Part shown: piece after piece, positions 21,579 to 30,687 of the stretch
Position numbering within the stretch: position 1 is the stretch's first letter
Layout of the letters: each line of letters starts with the position of its first letter
Assembly: GCA_963422205.2 (NCBI GenBank)
Contig: CAXMWX010000003.1
Location: 160,001 to 224,000, forward strand
DNA from: Gammaproteobacteria bacterium
GTDB lineage: Bacteria; Pseudomonadota; Gammaproteobacteria; Eutrophobiales; Eutrophobiaceae
Direction: 5' to 3'
Length of the DNA stretch: 64,000 bases
Notes under the pieces: model-generated
Database searches by the model: none
Seen by the model: the letters and a program-made list of their open reading frames with translations, nothing else
Told to the model about the DNA's origin: nothing
Program-made: the position numbers and the translations under genes

Positions 21579-22175
21579 CTATTTCAACTCAGACAGCAGT
21601 TGATTTAACTCCACCACATACCCGTCCGGGTCAATCAGCACGCTGACTTTTACCTTGATCATGCCCTTGCCCTGATAGTCTGGGTATTGCGTCTCGCTGG
21701 GCTCGTCCAGGACCTTCACGCCCAGGGTGTTGCGCGCCGCCTGAAAACGGGATTCGAGGTTATCGGTATTGAACACCAGCACGATACTGCCGACAGAAAA
21801 CGGCTCTGCCCCCTGATGTGCGGACTGTTTTGCGGGCTTTGCATATTGCAACAGGCCAATGACGCCGATGTAATCATCATTGGCCTGCAAGAACACCAGG
21901 CGCAGGGCACTCTCGGCAGCGGCAATATTCTTCGCATCGCGCGGGGTGAAGATCTCCCGATCATAGATCACTTTTAACCCCAGGGCATCGCGATAAAACG
22001 CCAGCGATTGATCGATATCCCGAACCACCAGCGTGGTGCGCCGCAGATCAATGTCAACGCGCTCGGCTTCCGGTACTGGCGCTGCCTGGACGCTCGCCGC
22101 ACCCACCACCTGACCACCAGCCAGAATGCCGCACAGCAGGATGCACCACAGCGTTTCTCGCACAGGGCTAGTCAT
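21579..22175 (-). CDS. secreted VOC/glyoxalase family protein
   Basis: Signal peptide, DLRRTTLVVRDID..LIDPDGYVVELNQ; overlaps DUF1838 stop. Confidence 0.85.
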   Translation of the reverse strand: MTSPVRETLWCILLCGILAGGQVVGAASVQAAPVPEAERVDIDLRRTTLVVRDIDQSLAFYRDALGLKVIYDREIFTPRDAKNIAAAESALRLVFLQANDDYIGVIGLLQYAKPAKQSAHQGAEPFSVGSIVLVFNTDNLESRFQAARNTLGVKVLDEPSETQYPDYQGKGMIKVKVSVLIDPDGYVVELNQLLSELK

Positions 22176-23064
22176 CTTGCTGCTGCCGTTGGTTATCGAT
22201 GAATTTTTTGAAGTAAGTCCAGCTTGTCTCGTTTTTGCGGTCATCATCACCGGGCGGCGGCTTGGTGTATTCAGGGTAATTGGTCTTGATCTCCTGCTTG
22301 ATTAACATCGGCAGATCATCCCAGCTTTTCAGGTTTTTACCCGTGGCGTTGACATACATGAGGCCAGGGCGGCTGCCCATCCTCATCCACGGCAGCCATT
22401 GCGCTATCCTCACCCAGGCGATATTTATGGACGCCGTGTTCTTCGACAGATCGGCAAAATCATCAAGCCGGGCAGAGAAATCAAAGATCTCGGTGGCGTG
22501 ATAATTGCCGCCGACATATTCCTGATAATCACCGCCCAGCGCGTTGGTGTAGAACAGCGGGATTTCATAATTGATGAACGCTGTACCATCGATCACCTCG
22601 AACTGAAAGCGGCTTTCCTTGCCGTCCCTGCCGATGGGAAACTGCGGCGGCTGATTCACCGGATCATTGGCGACATGAATGACCTTGACCGTCTCGCCCG
22701 TCCAGGGGTTATCCCATTCCCTGAGTATTGCGCCAGTCTGCGGGTCAAGATACAGCATGAGCTCACGCGAGACCTTGCGAAAACCCTCGCCCCTTGCCTT
22801 GTCCTTCACCGTGACGCATTGCCGCACGTTCATGCCAAGCACGCCGAACAGCAGCTTGTCACGCTCCCCGGGCACCCGAGAGTAGGCCCGGCCCTTCCAT
22901 ACATAGGTGACGTGTTCGTTGTCTTTCAGCGAGCATAACAGCTTGCGCTTCGCCTGCACGGCGCCCTCGCCGGTATTAAAATCAATGGTTTTGCCCGCTT
23001 CGGCAGGGGGTATCACGACCAGCAGCAGGCTGAGGATCAGCAAGGCGGATAGTTTGTCAGGCAT
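22168..23064 (-). CDS. secreted DUF1838 family protein
   Basis: GRAYSRVPGE, SRELMLYLDP, NPWTGETVKVIHVANDPVN, WLPWMRMG; signal peptide; GGAG RBS. Confidence 0.85.
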   Translation of the reverse strand: MPDKLSALLILSLLLVVIPPAEAGKTIDFNTGEGAVQAKRKLLCSLKDNEHVTYVWKGRAYSRVPGERDKLLFGVLGMNVRQCVTVKDKARGEGFRKVSRELMLYLDPQTGAILREWDNPWTGETVKVIHVANDPVNQPPQFPIGRDGKESRFQFEVIDGTAFINYEIPLFYTNALGGDYQEYVGGNYHATEIFDFSARLDDFADLSKNTASINIAWVRIAQWLPWMRMGSRPGLMYVNATGKNLKSWDDLPMLIKQEIKTNYPEYTKPPPGDDDRKNETSWTYFKKFIDNQRQQQDD

Positions 23065-23457
23065 GGCGTTCTCTCCCATAAGGGGTTGTAAACGATGCCT
23101 GTTATCATACTCGTTGCGGCGGCAGGTACAAGCCGAAATTAAGCGGCGTTTGCTGGCTGGCTTCGGCGCATGGGCGTGGCTCAAGATTGCTCACGCCAGC
23201 GAATATCAGTTTTTCTATGCGGGGCGATGCAAGCGCACAAGCACAGGTTGATCAGGCTCTGGTAAGGAACGCCATTCTCAAAACAACACCAATTTTGGCT
23301 GGGAATGAGGTGAATACAGGCGGCAAGACGCTGAATAAGGTCTCGGCAACGCGGGTTGGTTGACGTTGGATTTGAGCAGCACTATAAGCTATAGTTTGCC
23401 AAGAGTGTCGTATCCTTACGTAATGATACTTTTGCCGACTTGAACATGTATTAGCTG

Positions 23458-24033
23458 ATGTCTACCTCTGCTCATAAAACTCATCCAGTCGCGACCTATC
23501 AGGATGTGCTGGATGCACCGCCGCACAAGGTGGCTGAGATTATCGCCGGTACGCTGTACATGAATCCCAGGCCAGCGATGAGTCATGCCTGGGCGAGTTC
23601 CATCTTGGGTGATGAGTTGGTAAGCCCCTTTGGCCGTGGTCGGGGCGGCCCGGGCGGCTGGTGGATTATTGATGAGCCGGAGTTGCACTTCGGTCAGGAT
23701 ATTCTGGTGCCCGATCTCGCTGGCTGGCGACGTGAGACCATGCCGGTGTATCCGGATGCGGCTTACTGTACGATTGCCCCGGACTGGGTCTGTGAGGTAT
23801 TATCGCCCTCAACCCGCCAGCTCGATTTGACCGACAAGCGCGACATCTATGCCCGTGAAGAGGTCACTTACCTGTGGTTTGTCGACCCGGACGTGCGTAC
23901 GCTGGAGGCATTTCAACTTAAAGGTGGCGCATGGTCGCTGATCGCCTCATTAGCCGGTGATGCCGCCGTCTCCGTTCCCCCGTTTGATGCCATCAGTTTT
24001 CCGCTGGCTGCGCTATGGCCGGATACGGAATAA
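23458..24033 (+). CDS. Uma2 family (PD-(D/E)xK) endonuclease, copy 1
   Basis: AEIIAG, LVPDLAGW, APDWVCEVLSPST, KRDIYA, WFVDP. Confidence 0.9.
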   Translation: MSTSAHKTHPVATYQDVLDAPPHKVAEIIAGTLYMNPRPAMSHAWASSILGDELVSPFGRGRGGPGGWWIIDEPELHFGQDILVPDLAGWRRETMPVYPDAAYCTIAPDWVCEVLSPSTRQLDLTDKRDIYAREEVTYLWFVDPDVRTLEAFQLKGGAWSLIASLAGDAAVSVPPFDAISFPLAALWPDTE

Positions 24034-24089
24034 AGTTAGGGGTTTGCAACACTGCTTATGATCTCACGTGCTAATCTAAGGATATATAA

Positions 24090-24668
24090 ATGATGCCCAC
24101 ACCTGCCCGTAAAACTCATCCAGTCGCCACCTATCAGGATGTGCTGGATGCACCGCCGCACAAGGTGGCTGAGATTATCGCCGGTACGCTGTACATGAAT
24201 CCCAGGCCAGCGATGCGGCATGCCTGGGTGAGTTCTGTTATGGGCGGGGAGCTGTTCAACCCCTTTGGTCGTGGTCGCGGCGGCCCCGGTGGCTGGTGGA
24301 TTATCGATGAGCCGGAGTTGCACTTCGGTCAGGATATTCTGGTGCCCGATCTCGCTGGCTGGCGACGTGAGACCATGCCGGTGTATCCGGATGCGGCTTA
24401 CTGTACGATTGCCCCGGACTGGGTCTGTGAGGTATTATCGCCCTCAACCCGGCAGCTGGACTTGACGGACAAGCGCGACATCTATGCCCGTGAGGGGGTC
24501 ACTTACCTGTGGTTTGTCGACCCGGACGTGCGTACGCTGGAGGCGTTTCAACTTAAAGGTGGCCTATGGTCGCTGATCGCCTCATTAGCCGGTGATGCCG
24601 CCGTCTCTGTTCCCCCTTTTGATGCCATCAGTTTTCCGCTGGCTGCGCTATGGCCGGATACGGAATAA
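24090..24668 (+). CDS. Uma2 family endonuclease, copy 2 (tandem duplicate)
   Basis: Near-identical to copy 1 in DNA and protein. Confidence 0.9.
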   Translation: MMPTPARKTHPVATYQDVLDAPPHKVAEIIAGTLYMNPRPAMRHAWVSSVMGGELFNPFGRGRGGPGGWWIIDEPELHFGQDILVPDLAGWRRETMPVYPDAAYCTIAPDWVCEVLSPSTRQLDLTDKRDIYAREGVTYLWFVDPDVRTLEAFQLKGGLWSLIASLAGDAAVSVPPFDAISFPLAALWPDTE

Positions 24669-24936
24669 AGCCGAGCGGTTTCCATGGTGTCACAGTGAAA
24701 AATCGAAGTTGCCTTTGGGCAAACAGCCAATCATGATCTGGACATTTGCGATACACTCGGCGAGAGGGCCGGTCAAGCCTTATTCCGGTAATATCACACC
24801 ACTATTGCGAAGGCGGCTGGTTTAGTTTCAACTAACAAGTTGCCATGGCGTTAGCAGCGGCTTTGAATAAGTCCCAATCTACAACCTGATGCGCTCTCCT
24901 CAACGCACGGTTTTTTTATTCCAAATATGTTTGTGG

Positions 24937-25869
24937 TTATACCAAATCAATATCAATGTAAACAGGGCAATGATCAGATGCTTTAGGTTCTTCTTCACCT
25001 ACGCCATCATATCTATCTCCCTTATGATTTTCAGCACGAAAAGGAAGCCCCTTTCGTACAATTACGGGCTTCTCATTTTTATTCTTTTCCGCTAATTCTT
25101 TGCCTAGTAGTATGAAGTCTATCTGTTTGTATTTATTTCCTCCCGCCCAATAGTGTGTCCACCTGTCATCTTCGCTGCTTATTCGCAAGAGAATATTTTC
25201 TAGACCTTGATGTTGAGTCAATGCAGTTAAAGATGTGTTAGAATCCACATAATCATTAAAATCGCCAAGTACTACGAAATTTCCTTTGTAATTATTTTTC
25301 CCCCATCTTTCATCAATGATATCGGCTACTCGCTCCGCTTGTGATTTTCTTTTCTCTTTGGTTTCATCTCTACCGTCAACCATTGATTTGAAATGATTAT
25401 TATACAATGTCAACTCTTTCGAATCTTTTTTAACAGTCACTTCCAAGCAGTCTCTACTAAATAACCAAGCGGTATTTTCAGCGTTTCTCTCGTGTCTGAA
25501 AATTCTTGTATTAACAATTGGTAACTTGCTGATGACAGCAACATCAATCTTTCGAGGATCATGACTGTCAATGAGCATTTTGTATTTATATTTCTGTCCT
25601 CCTAGGTATCTAGAGACAAAGCGTTCCAAGGTTCCCATATTTTCAACTTCTTGAAGACAAACCACATCGGCTTTTGTTTCTTTGATAGCTTTTGCTGTAA
25701 TCTTCTTTGAGTCGTCATCGTGCAGTGTAAAAGCCAATTCATTTATCAAAAAACCCACAGCACCAGCACTTAAAGGATCGATATTTTTTCCAAAGTTATA
25801 TCGTGCAAATAAGTTCTCAACATTAAATGTTGCAATTCTAATTTTTGATGTTTGGTTAACCATTGTCAT
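24937..25869 (-). CDS. endonuclease/exonuclease/phosphatase (EEP) family protein, AT-rich
   Basis: IATFNVENLF, DVVCLQEVE, NHFKS, LGDFND, QIDFIL, SDHCPV. Confidence 0.9.
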   Translation of the reverse strand: MTMVNQTSKIRIATFNVENLFARYNFGKNIDPLSAGAVGFLINELAFTLHDDDSKKITAKAIKETKADVVCLQEVENMGTLERFVSRYLGGQKYKYKMLIDSHDPRKIDVAVISKLPIVNTRIFRHERNAENTAWLFSRDCLEVTVKKDSKELTLYNNHFKSMVDGRDETKEKRKSQAERVADIIDERWGKNNYKGNFVVLGDFNDYVDSNTSLTALTQHQGLENILLRISSEDDRWTHYWAGGNKYKQIDFILLGKELAEKNKNEKPVIVRKGLPFRAENHKGDRYDGVGEEEPKASDHCPVYIDIDLV

Positions 25870-25937
25870 ACACCTCTAAAATTACGCCTACTTCTATTTT
25901 TAAGTCTATTTTCGGCTTGTTCCGACTTTTCCCCGAC

Positions 25938-25971
25938 AAAAAAGCCGGTGGTCATAATGAACACCGGCTTT
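25938..25971 (-). terminator. rho-independent terminator after TBDR
   Basis: AAAGCCGGTG-loop-CACCGGCTTT stem followed by a T run on the minus strand. Confidence 0.7.
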
Positions 25972-26015
25972 GGTTTTGAAGGGTAATGCTGTTATAGGCC
26001 TGCTGCCGCTAGAAG

Positions 26016-28496
26016 CTAAAAACGATACCTCGCAGTAATGCCGATGCGGCGCTCATCCGGCAGCGTCAGGCCGATGGCTCTGTCAAATAGAAAGCTGGGG
26101 AATCCTGCAGATACGTAGCGGATTAGCGCGGGCGATGTGTCGTTGTTAAGGACATTGTTCACCCATAACTCGATATCGAAGCTATCGCTGCGGATACCGC
26201 CGCGCAGGTTGACAATCTCGCGTGCGCCCGTGTGGGCAAGATTGTACACTTGCGCGTAGCGCTTGGAGTTGTAATTGAAATCGGTACGCAGAAACCAACC
26301 GAAGTTTGCGGTAAGGTCGCCAGTGAAGGTATTGGACAGGTTCAACTGATGCCTGGAGACCTGCGGCAACTCGGTGCCGGTGATCAGCACATCGCCGCCG
26401 GGCTGGTAGCCGAACAGCAGGGCGGCCTCCCTGAATGCGCTGCCCGCAGTGGCGCCAGCATCGACCGATTGGATGAATCTGTCAATTTTGCCGTCGGTCA
26501 GCGCATAGCCCAGGTACACATTCCAGAAGTCCGTCACATCAAGGGCCAGTTCCAACTCCACGCCATTGATGGTGGATTTGCCGATGTTTTGCAGGATGGA
26601 GAACGTGCGATTCTGATTCCTGACCCTGGCGGCGCGGGTGACAGTCAGTTGCTGATCCTTCCAGTCTATGTGATAGACGGCGACGTTGGCACGCAGGCGG
26701 TCATCCAGCCACAGGGATTTCACGCCCAATTCATAGCTCCAGGCGGTCTCCTCATCGTAATTGCGATCAGCGGCAGGCGTACCCTCTGCACTGTTCAAGC
26801 CGCCCGGCTTGTTGCCGCGTGCCATATTGGCATAGACGGTCAGGTTGTCTGCGGGCTGGTAGCGGGCGGTAAACTTGGGCAGGAACTTGCTGAAAGCCCC
26901 TTTGACATCGGTATCAGGAATGGGAGCCATCTCGTCTCGGAAAAACTTGAAGCGATCCTTGTTGTAGCGGAACGTGGCGCCCAGGGTGAGCGTGTCGGTG
27001 AAATCAAACTCCATAGCGCCGAACACCGACCAACTGGTTATCTCGTTTTTACCATCATCGGTGGCCGACATACCCCCCTCGCTGTAGAACGCCCTTGCGT
27101 TGCTTGAGTTAATACTCGTGCCCGTATCTTCCGAGGTATAATAGTAGCTGCCCACCATGTGGCGCATCCCCTCCCCGTCATACGCCAGCCTTAACTCCTG
27201 CGAGAAATCATCAAATCTCCCACGCTCAAAGGTAAGAAAACCCACCCTTCCCGCAGGGATAAAGGGGACTGGCGGCCTGGTCAAGTCCCCACCGCCAAAG
27301 GTCTGATCCTGCCGCAATTTATTATCAAACTCGTTATAACCGGTGACGGAGGTGAACGTGAAGGTGTCGGTGAGGTCGTACTCCAGCTTCAGACCCAGCC
27401 GCAGGCTTTTGGTCTCCGTGCCAAAATTATCATAGAAGCTGGTCTCCAGATTGGTTGCACCGTTGTTGGTCGCCAGCACATCGTCCACATCCACACGCCC
27501 GCAGTAATAGCCACTGCCCCTGTACGGGGCTGAATTTACAAAATTGGCACCCGCTTCCGGCGTACCGGGGGGGGGGGCAGGCTGGGACAGCGGCATACCA
27601 TCTGCGCCGGTGCTCCTGTTCGGGTTGCGTGCGCCGGTGATGAAGCAGTTGTTAAAGCTGGGGGGTTGCAGGGCGATGGCATATTGATCGTCATCCGTGC
27701 GCTCATACATGGCATGGGCGGTGATGTTCAACTGTTCAACCGGGTTGAAGGTAAACACGGCCACCGCGCTGCTGGTCTCCTCACCGCCCACCTCATCGTT
27801 GATGGCTGGCGTACCCAGGCTGTTGGCGGCATAACTGTTATCGTATTCGCCATCGCGCTGGTAGCGGGCGAGGGTGAGGGCGAAACCGGCCACTTCTGTG
27901 ATCGGGCCGCTGACATGGGCCTCGGCGCGAATGTAATCACGCTCGCCATACTCGGCGGTCACCTCGCCTTCAAAGTCCTCGGTGGGCTTTTTCAGCACAT
28001 AGTTCACTGCACCGGCCAGGGTGGAACGGCCATACAAGGCACTTTGCGGGCCCTTGACCACCTCGACGCGCTCCAGCGCAGACAGCGGCACAGTGGCCGC
28101 GCCACGTTCGATGATAATGCCGTCTATGAACAGCCCCGCGTTGGCGCGCCCTATGATGGTGGACTGACCGCGAATGGCCGGGCGGAAATCCTGCCGCCCG
28201 AAGGCCTGCGCGAAGTCAAAACCCGGCGTGGCATCGGCGATGTTGTTCAGAGAGGCGATGCCGCGCTCTTCCAGCACAGATTTGGTGAAGGCGTTGACGG
28301 TAAGCGGGATGTCTTGCAGGCTCTCCTCGCGCTTGCGTGCCGTGACCGTGATTTCTTCCAGGATGACTTGCGAGTAGCTGTGCAGCGGGAGAAACGACGT
28401 GGCGGTGAACAGGGCGAGTGCGGCGAGCGCACCTGCTGGTCGTCTGCCTGTACTCCGGCGGGCGGATACGGAAGGGGTTGTTGTGTCAATACGCAT
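26016..28496 (-). CDS. TonB-dependent receptor
   Basis: Signal peptide, LEEITVTARKREE, LERVEVVKGPQSALYG, C-terminal ARYRF. Confidence 0.93.
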   Translation of the reverse strand: MRIDTTTPSVSARRSTGRRPAGALAALALFTATSFLPLHSYSQVILEEITVTARKREESLQDIPLTVNAFTKSVLEERGIASLNNIADATPGFDFAQAFGRQDFRPAIRGQSTIIGRANAGLFIDGIIIERGAATVPLSALERVEVVKGPQSALYGRSTLAGAVNYVLKKPTEDFEGEVTAEYGERDYIRAEAHVSGPITEVAGFALTLARYQRDGEYDNSYAANSLGTPAINDEVGGEETSSAVAVFTFNPVEQLNITAHAMYERTDDDQYAIALQPPSFNNCFITGARNPNRSTGADGMPLSQPAPPPGTPEAGANFVNSAPYRGSGYYCGRVDVDDVLATNNGATNLETSFYDNFGTETKSLRLGLKLEYDLTDTFTFTSVTGYNEFDNKLRQDQTFGGGDLTRPPVPFIPAGRVGFLTFERGRFDDFSQELRLAYDGEGMRHMVGSYYYTSEDTGTSINSSNARAFYSEGGMSATDDGKNEITSWSVFGAMEFDFTDTLTLGATFRYNKDRFKFFRDEMAPIPDTDVKGAFSKFLPKFTARYQPADNLTVYANMARGNKPGGLNSAEGTPAADRNYDEETAWSYELGVKSLWLDDRLRANVAVYHIDWKDQQLTVTRAARVRNQNRTFSILQNIGKSTINGVELELALDVTDFWNVYLGYALTDGKIDRFIQSVDAGATAGSAFREAALLFGYQPGGDVLITGTELPQVSRHQLNLSNTFTGDLTANFGWFLRTDFNYNSKRYAQVYNLAHTGAREIVNLRGGIRSDSFDIELWVNNVLNNDTSPALIRYVSAGFPSFLFDRAIGLTLPDERRIGITARYRF
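27567..27577. repeat. G11 homopolymer inside TBDR coding region
   Basis: G11 on the plus strand, encodes APPP. Confidence 0.85.
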
Positions 28497-28562
28497 GATG
28501 GTTGCCTCTTTGAAGTTTGATGTATTGTGGCCTTTATTTAAGGGGTATCTATGCGACTATAC

Positions 28563-28578
28563 GTTATAAACTTATAAC
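28563..28578. promoter_or_regulatory. palindrome GTTATAA-AC-TTATAAC upstream of TBDR
   Basis: Perfect 7-bp dyad, similar to GTTATATATTTGTAAC at 13381-13396. Confidence 0.6.
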
Positions 28579-28704
28579 ATTTGCATGATAGCGCGGGCGC
28601 CCCCTGTGTCAAACGGTGTTGTAAAAATAGACAAGCCAGGTGTTGATTTAAAGTGCAAGTAATGTAAGCAGTTAGGCTGTTTGCGAGAGATTTATCCTCG
28701 CATT

Positions 28705-28723
28705 GTTGTAGAAAAGCAACGGG
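28705..28723 (+). repeat. 19-bp direct repeat, copy 1 (GTTGTAGAAAAGCAACGGG)
   Basis: Identical copy at 30581-30599. Confidence 0.85.
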
Positions 28724-28914
28724 GTTCGGGTGGGTCGGCGGCGTGGGCATTGTTCATAAGTACGGAGTCTGCCGCAGGCTCGGCAACGGCTAAGGTCGGG
28801 GATGGGCTTTATCGTACATCAGCTAAAGTGGGTGTTTAGGATTCGCCTCTGTTGACCAGAGCGTCCTTTGTGCGTGATTTTTTCGTCTGATTTTTGTCGG
28901 TGGCTTGACTATAA

Positions 28915-28933
28915 TTTAACCATTATGGTTAAA
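28915..28933. promoter_or_regulatory. palindrome TTTAACCAT-T-ATGGTTAAA downstream of TTGACT
   Basis: Perfect 9-bp dyad; -35-like TTGACT at 28905-28910. Confidence 0.55.
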
Positions 28934-29008
28934 GTTCCTGCTGGTGGCCATAGACATTTTTGAATTGGAGTGTTGCACGATGATCAATAAAGTGATTTTT
29001 CATGATGT

Positions 29009-29806
29009 ATGGTTCCAGATTTTATTGGGAGGTTACATGTGGTGGATGAATTAGGATTAGTAGAGTTTATTCTCATCAGTGTCACGCTGGGCGCTGCTAT
29101 TCTGGGTACTATTTCGAATCCTGGGAGAAATATAAAGATAGCCTTAATTAGTTTGGCAATCTTGGCTTCAATCGCTACATTAATTAAAACCTCTTCGACC
29201 GCGAAAGAAAACAGCATCAACAAAAAACTGATTATCGCTTTAGTGCAAGCCAGCAATCCACCTCTATATTTTTCTCATGATCTGGTTAAGGAACTTTCTC
29301 CACTAGTCAAAAGTAGTTATAAAAAATATGTATCGGGGCAAACAATAGAGGAAGACTCTGGTGAAAGAATATTTATGTTCAGCGATGTTAATGGGGATAG
29401 CGATGATGTAACCGGATTATTGTATGTCTCGAAAAAGGCGATGGGGCCTGTGTATTACGCATATGCCACTGGGGAATCTGTGGGAGATCAGCTAAACGAA
29501 ATACTATCAAGTAAATGGGCCGACTGTCACTCTCATTGGAATCAATGTCTGAACGAACTGTCGGCAATCTCAAAGATGGCATTGGAGTTAGCGCCGATTG
29601 CAATATCTGAAACAACATCATCAATGGATGGAAGCCCACCAACGTTCGAAATAGTATCCGATGAGGCTTTTCAAGGGGAGCCGATAAAAATTGTTTTGGG
29701 GCAAGAATTTATCGAAAGCCTGTATGGCTTAAACTCACTGGACAGGGGCTTGAAAATATTACAGGAAAGTCAAAAATATATTATTGACCATATGCGACCA
29801 GAGTAA
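29009..29806 (+). CDS. AT-rich hypothetical membrane protein (2 N-terminal TM helices)
   Basis: 265-aa ORF, two hydrophobic segments, composition unlike flanks; family not recognised. Confidence 0.7.
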   Translation: MVPDFIGRLHVVDELGLVEFILISVTLGAAILGTISNPGRNIKIALISLAILASIATLIKTSSTAKENSINKKLIIALVQASNPPLYFSHDLVKELSPLVKSSYKKYVSGQTIEEDSGERIFMFSDVNGDSDDVTGLLYVSKKAMGPVYYAYATGESVGDQLNEILSSKWADCHSHWNQCLNELSAISKMALELAPIAISETTSSMDGSPPTFEIVSDEAFQGEPIKIVLGQEFIESLYGLNSLDRGLKILQESQKYIIDHMRPE

Positions 29807-30175
29807 GCCACCCTTACATTGGTAGCTTAAATAAATCCTACGACAATGTGAGAAACGGCAGAAGTAGCCCTAGATGAAATCAAGACTAACCAGTGAAATT
29901 TTAACTATTGCGCCATCTGATAAGTAGTTAGCCGTTGCCGCTGTCATAATGATTGGAATGACGAATGCATTATTCCATTCTATAGTTTTCCTCACCATAC
30001 CGCCCTAAAAAAGTGACACGCTTTTATAATAGCCTCCCCTAAAACTCTGTTAGCGTTCGGATCATGTCCCAGCATTATTGTCTCGCCCTGAACGTTGAGC
30101 AGGATGGCGGCATCCCTGCCTGATGGCCGCTGATCCCGACGAGTCGCTGGGCATTGCTGGTTAAGGAAACAGTGT

Positions 30176-30436
30176 CTTGGGGGCACGATTGGGGTTGCAA
30201 GCCGCCTCACTGACAGCAGCCGGTTTGAGGGCAGCTTGAGTGGGGCGAGTTTCAGCTATGCCAGTGATGAGGATAAGAGCGTGCATAGCCTGTATGTGGG
30301 TGTGGATGGTCGGCATCAACTCAGTGATACGGTAAGTCTCCTGGTGGATGTGGAGTACAGCCATGATGCCGGGGAAGTCAGCGATCGTGCCTTGAGTGGT
30401 CTCATTTGGTTAGGGTATGCGTGTATCAATGACTAG
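30176..30436 (+). pseudogene. possible C-terminal fragment of an outer-membrane beta-barrel (autotransporter-like)
   Basis: LGGTIGVASRL..LYVGVDGRHQLSDTVSLLVDVEYSH..SGLIWLGYA shows alternating beta-strand pattern; no credible start. Confidence 0.4.
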
Positions 30437-30580
30437 GCGGCAGTGCCAGGGCTTTGCTGGTGCTGGGTCGAGTTGATGGACTGGGTTAGTAGTCCCGGCT
30501 AATGAGCATGGCTAATGATTGAGGCTGGCAGCATGTCTGTACACCCGCCATGACAGTCAGATAAGCCATCAGGCTGCCCA

Positions 30581-30599
30581 GTTGTAGAAAAGCAACGGG
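30581..30599 (+). repeat. 19-bp direct repeat, copy 2
   Basis: Identical to 28705-28723. Confidence 0.85.
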
Positions 30600-30687
30600 A
30601 TTTAGCGAGAAGCGGAGAGGCGAAGGGCGCACGGTGGTGGCGTGGACAGCTACCCCCTGCGGTTGATTTCAGGCCGACAGGTGTGAC

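Noticed and set aside
23458-24668. Diversity-generating retroelement template/variable pair
   Set aside because: Differences are not adenine-specific, both copies are full genes, and no reverse transcriptase is present
24670-24860. Possible gene remnant after Uma2 copy 2
   Set aside because: Short interrupted frames with no recognisable family
24860-24945. Integron attC after the EEP gene, and a similar GACTAAC..GTTAGCC at 29885-29933
   Set aside because: Core sites match only partly, inner arms do not pair, and no intI is present
26232-28520. Long plus-strand ORFs (291 and 284 aa), and similar ones at 30772, 37569 and 55910
   Set aside because: Antisense shadows of well-supported GC-rich genes, with no recognisable motifs
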